From positions 682,001-746,000 of the forward strand of contig CDLV01000013.1 in NCBI GenBank assembly GCA_001244265.2: a DNA stretch of 64,000 nt. Direction: 5' to 3'. Positions 60,277 to 64,000 of the stretch are shown here, piece by piece. This stretch comes from Microbotryum violaceum (lineage: Eukaryota). The notes beneath the pieces were generated by a model, which saw only the letters and a program-made list of their open reading frames with translations, ran no database searches and was not told where the DNA came from. Numbering within the stretch: the stretch's first letter is position 1; every line of letters starts with the position of its first letter. The position numbers were made by a program, and so were the translations under genes.

Positions 60277-61453
60277 ATGCCGCAAGAGACTCCTCGGTCG
60301 CCCTACTATCTCCGCCCTGAACATCAGCCGGGCGCTTCAGCCGAGGCTCGGGCTTTTTTGTGGGTGAGCAGTAGCAGCTTGCGCCCTCGCAGCTCTAGTT
60401 CATCACTCCTGCCGCACAACTTCGCTAACACTTTCTCACTCCCTTCCCTCATGCGTCACCAGCCAGTTCACGGCACTATGCAGGTCTTCTACCTCGACGA
60501 TCCCGAGACATCGCTTTACGCTCAGGCTGAACTTCGACATGTCGGCGAGAAGGCTCCCCCAATCACCGACTCATCCTTGCCCGACGCGAGGTACTTCCCT
60601 CAGCGTACACCCTCGTCCTCCTCGTCATCGTCCTCGGCCTCGTCGTCAGTTTCGTCATGCAGTTCGAGCTCGACCGACTTTTACTCGACTGAACACGACC
60701 AACATCATGCTGCGAAGTTGGCCTCTGCTGCCTCGGCCAACGAGAAACCCCGAACTTGGCACCCGGCTTCGGCCCAACAGGAGCATCCACGTCACACCCC
60801 CACCACCTCCGCCGCTGGCGTCCACGAACCTAGGTCCGGTCGAGCACTTCACCCACTCTTTCCACCCTGGTGCTCTTTCACCAAGATCCTCCCCAGTCCA
60901 ACGACCCCCACCTCTTCCGCCTCGGTGTCCCCAAGGTGAGTCCGACTCCTGCCCCCCCCCCCACCCCCACTGCGAACGATGAGGCAGTTCAGCCGCTAGA
61001 GGCTTTTTGGCCCGGTCGCCTCCATATCCGAGTTGACTAAAAGCTAATGTATCACATGACTCATGTCCGCTTAGAAACGTTATCCAAAACAAAAGTTCAG
61101 ACGTCCCTGACCCATCGTCACCTCGACCTCATGTAGCACCCGCCCCGGCCCCGCTCAAGCGCAGCAAGCCCATGCCCCTGCCTGTACTACCCCTGTCCTC
61201 GGCTACGGGCAGCAGCACCGCCACCCGTCGTCCACCAGCTCCGGGCTCGCGTGAAGCCGCGGAAGAGGCTCGCCGAGGTCGCAACCGCTGGCCACGTCTC
61301 CTCTGGAACTCGCAGCTTGATGCCGAGGCGCTGGACGTGCTGCGCGCGTACCACGAGCGTGCCGTCGGTGGACCTTTGCCCATTCTCCACCCCGACGATA
61401 GTCCCAAGGCAGTCGCCGCGTGGAGTCGTCGTCTCGAATCGGCTGGACTCTGA
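60277..61453 (+). CDS. Hypothetical Ser/Pro-rich protein, about 3 exons
   Basis: ATG 60277, GTGAGC and GTGAGT donors, ordered segments QVFYLDDPETSLYAQ and GRNRWPRLLWNSQLD. Confidence 0.55.
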
Positions 61454-62148
61454 TGCCCGCATATCGCTGTGCGACTTGTACACTCGTTTCCTACAAAGTC
61501 ATCATCTTCGCCTCGTCAGGTCACTCGTTTCCGGGTAGTTGCATCGCCGCCTTTCCATTCGTCATCACGCAGCATTCCAGTCTCTTGTTCGGTTTCTATG
61601 GGGCGCTTGTACAAAGAGGTAGTACCGTCTTTCGTGTGTATATGTTCTGTCCTTTCTCCCCCTTCATTTCTGTACTTTCTCTGTATCCGTTCAAAACAAA
61701 ATCGATCGCATCGCAGCAGCAAACCTAATAATCAAAAAAAATGATGTGAAACCTCAAGAAATGTGCGTAGACTTTCGAAATGCATTCCTTTTGTTCATGT
61801 GATCTGTGACGCGACTTTTTCGCCGAGAGAGCGGGACGTGTAAGGAAACATTGCTGACGATTTGGAGTCCATGACGTGCTCGGGCTTTTTGCCAAGGGGA
61901 GATCACGCCAGTGAGGCTTGACTGAATTGTTTGAGCTCACGCCTTGGCGCATCCTCGGCTGCTCTCGCAACATTTTAGACGAAGACTTTGCTCGAATTCC
62001 CCACAAAAACAAAACTGGTGCTTGAATCCTACCCTACATGTCTAGAACCACGAAGCCCCCAAGTTCGCGGTCTCTCTCGAGTCCACTAGAACTCAGCAAT
62101 CTTCAACCAGATTTTCCGAACCCCTTTTCGCCGATAGCGAGCCACCTT

Positions 62149-64000
62149 TTACAATCCCAATTCCTTCTCACTCCCCGGCGGCGTCTTAATCCCATCCTTA
62201 CTCCCTCGGCTACCCCCACTTCCCACCGACCTTCCCCCCGATTGACTCAACAAAGCCTCCAATTGCTTATTCTCCACCTCCCCACGACCCCACAACGTCA
62301 CGCCGATCTCTTTTACCACGAACCAAGCGGGGACGAGACTGATTCCCCATAGAGCGAAGTTGAGGGAACTTGCACCGATCGTACCGAAGGATTGAACCGA
62401 GTTGAGACCGTAGGATACGGCTTGGGCGGCGGATTCGGTCGCTCGGAGGAGACCACCGATGCGGATGATGTCGGCGGGTTCGGTGACGACTGCGCGCCGG
62501 TGAGGGAGAGGGAGAGGGAGAAGGAGAGGGTGAGTTGGGTTCGGGTTCAAACAGTTTGAACAGAAGGATTTATAAATCATCTTACGATTGCCCACGACAA
62601 AGTAGAGATAAAGATAGTTCAACTGAAACCCGGCAACGAGGAAGATGTAAAGGGCGAACCCACGACCGAAGCCAGGGGAGGACCAATCGAGCATCGTGTT
62701 ATGGGGTTGGTAGTCGGATTGGATGACCGTGGACCAGATCCACCAGATGCCCTGGAGACCGAGGACGACGAAGAAGGAGTAGCGCGCGCGCGATTTGAGA
62801 GAGAACTTTTTGGAGTCGAGTAACCACTGCGAAAGGATGGATTGGGACGATTTGATCAGCTTCACAGGTTCAAGCCACGTACGAGAAATGGGCTAGAGGA
62901 ACAGGAATTACTCCGAGAAGGTTTCCAGCAACGATAGCGACGATGGCAGAAAGGAAAGAACCCAGCGCCCTCGCCCGAACAGAAAAGTGCAACGTCAAAT
63001 ACGTTCCATTAAACGATTCCGGGAACACGGCTTGCACGATCAACGGCACGATAAGCAAAAACTTTTTGGTGAAGAACAGCTTCGCCGAAGCCTTGACTTC
63101 ATGAACCAAACCCGTCGTGACGAACAAACGAACGGGGAGACCGTCGGTACGTTGGACTTTGTTGGGTGGGGGGAGGAGGAAGGCGACGAAGGGGCCGAGG
63201 CATTGAAGGGCGATGAAGACGAGGTATATTTGGGGATTCACTTTGCCGGCGGTATTGCGGTTAACGTTGAGACCCAGGTTGATGGCTCCCCGAGGACACC
63301 TCCCAAGACTCGGAAACTGTGAAGGATTGGGTTTGAAACGATCAGAATCTCCGTACAGGGCACTTGGCACTTGCGAGGCGGGGACAAGGCAAGGCACTCA
63401 CCTCAGCCAAAGACCGAAGAATCGACCCTGGTTCTCGGGTTCAGGGTACGCAAGCGCGACTGCAGACAAGGTTGATCGACTTTGAGTGCAAGTTCGCGTA
63501 AATATTACGCCGGGACGAGTGCTCACTAGCTGCTTCGATAGCCCAGAACGTTCCGGCGCCTGTGAAAGAGGGGGCGGGAAGCACAATCAGTTAGGGGACA
63601 TCATCGCCGGTGCCGCCCGAGACAGAGTCACGTACTGATTCCGCACAATGCCGCGCCAAGCCAGAGGATCCATTCTTTTCCAAATCGGTTGTTCTGTCCA
63701 ACAAAGAGGGGAGAACAAGTCAGTTTGCTATGCGAAGGCAAACGTGAGCTCCTGACCACAGACTCGCTATCCAAACTCTCTTTCTTCAGCATTCGAGGAG
63801 GAAAACCACTAGGCAGTGGAGACCCACTGTGTAAAGCCCAGCAGCATAAGGCGCATAGCCTGCCGCACCGAAAGCGAGTGTCCAAATGACGCCGATGTAG
63901 CGCACCAAGCTCGAGGTGAGGAAAGCGCTCAACACCACCAGACCGTAGGTGAGCGCGTTGGATGCATTGACGAGCAATGGGGCTGGGAGTGAAGATAAAC
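62149..64000 (-). CDS. UNC-93-like (DUF895) MFS membrane protein, 3' part; runs off the window end
   Basis: NASNALTYG, GAAGYAPYAAGLY, GAALCGI, YPEPENQGRF, GAINLGLN, KVQRTDG, FSVRARALGS, ESAAQAVSYG. Confidence 0.85.

Overview
Gene-dense, intron-rich fungal nuclear DNA. Short GT-AG introns with CTRAC-like branch points and the gene content suggest a basidiomycete yeast (inference). About 22 protein-coding genes are visible, most of them recognisable housekeeping genes: ALG10 (partial), a lactonase, WSS1, a GNL1-like GTPase, SEC22, 2-methylisocitrate lyase, RSM22, NOG2, SMC6, carnitine acetyltransferase, an Hst3/4 sirtuin, a Spo71-like PH protein, MRPS12, an RCC1-repeat protein, a GT49 glycosyltransferase, an MFS permease, an HRK1-like kinase, an acyltransferase, a fasciclin protein and an UNC-93-like transporter (partial). 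The unusual region is 54.5-59.4 kb. An intron-containing tRNA-Ser(TGA) sits head-to-head with a 72-nt tRNA-like cloverleaf whose anticodon loop is aberrant (GA-TTA-AT). Immediately after it comes a ~4.7 kb head-to-tail stack of at least 7 5'-truncated, mostly poly(A)-tailed non-LTR retroelement fragments from at least two families. All point the same way, and the family-A copies share a long conserved 3' UTR. This looks like a Pol III-gene-associated retrotransposon landing pad. CDS coordinates are outer gene bounds inferred by eye; exon boundaries are approximate.
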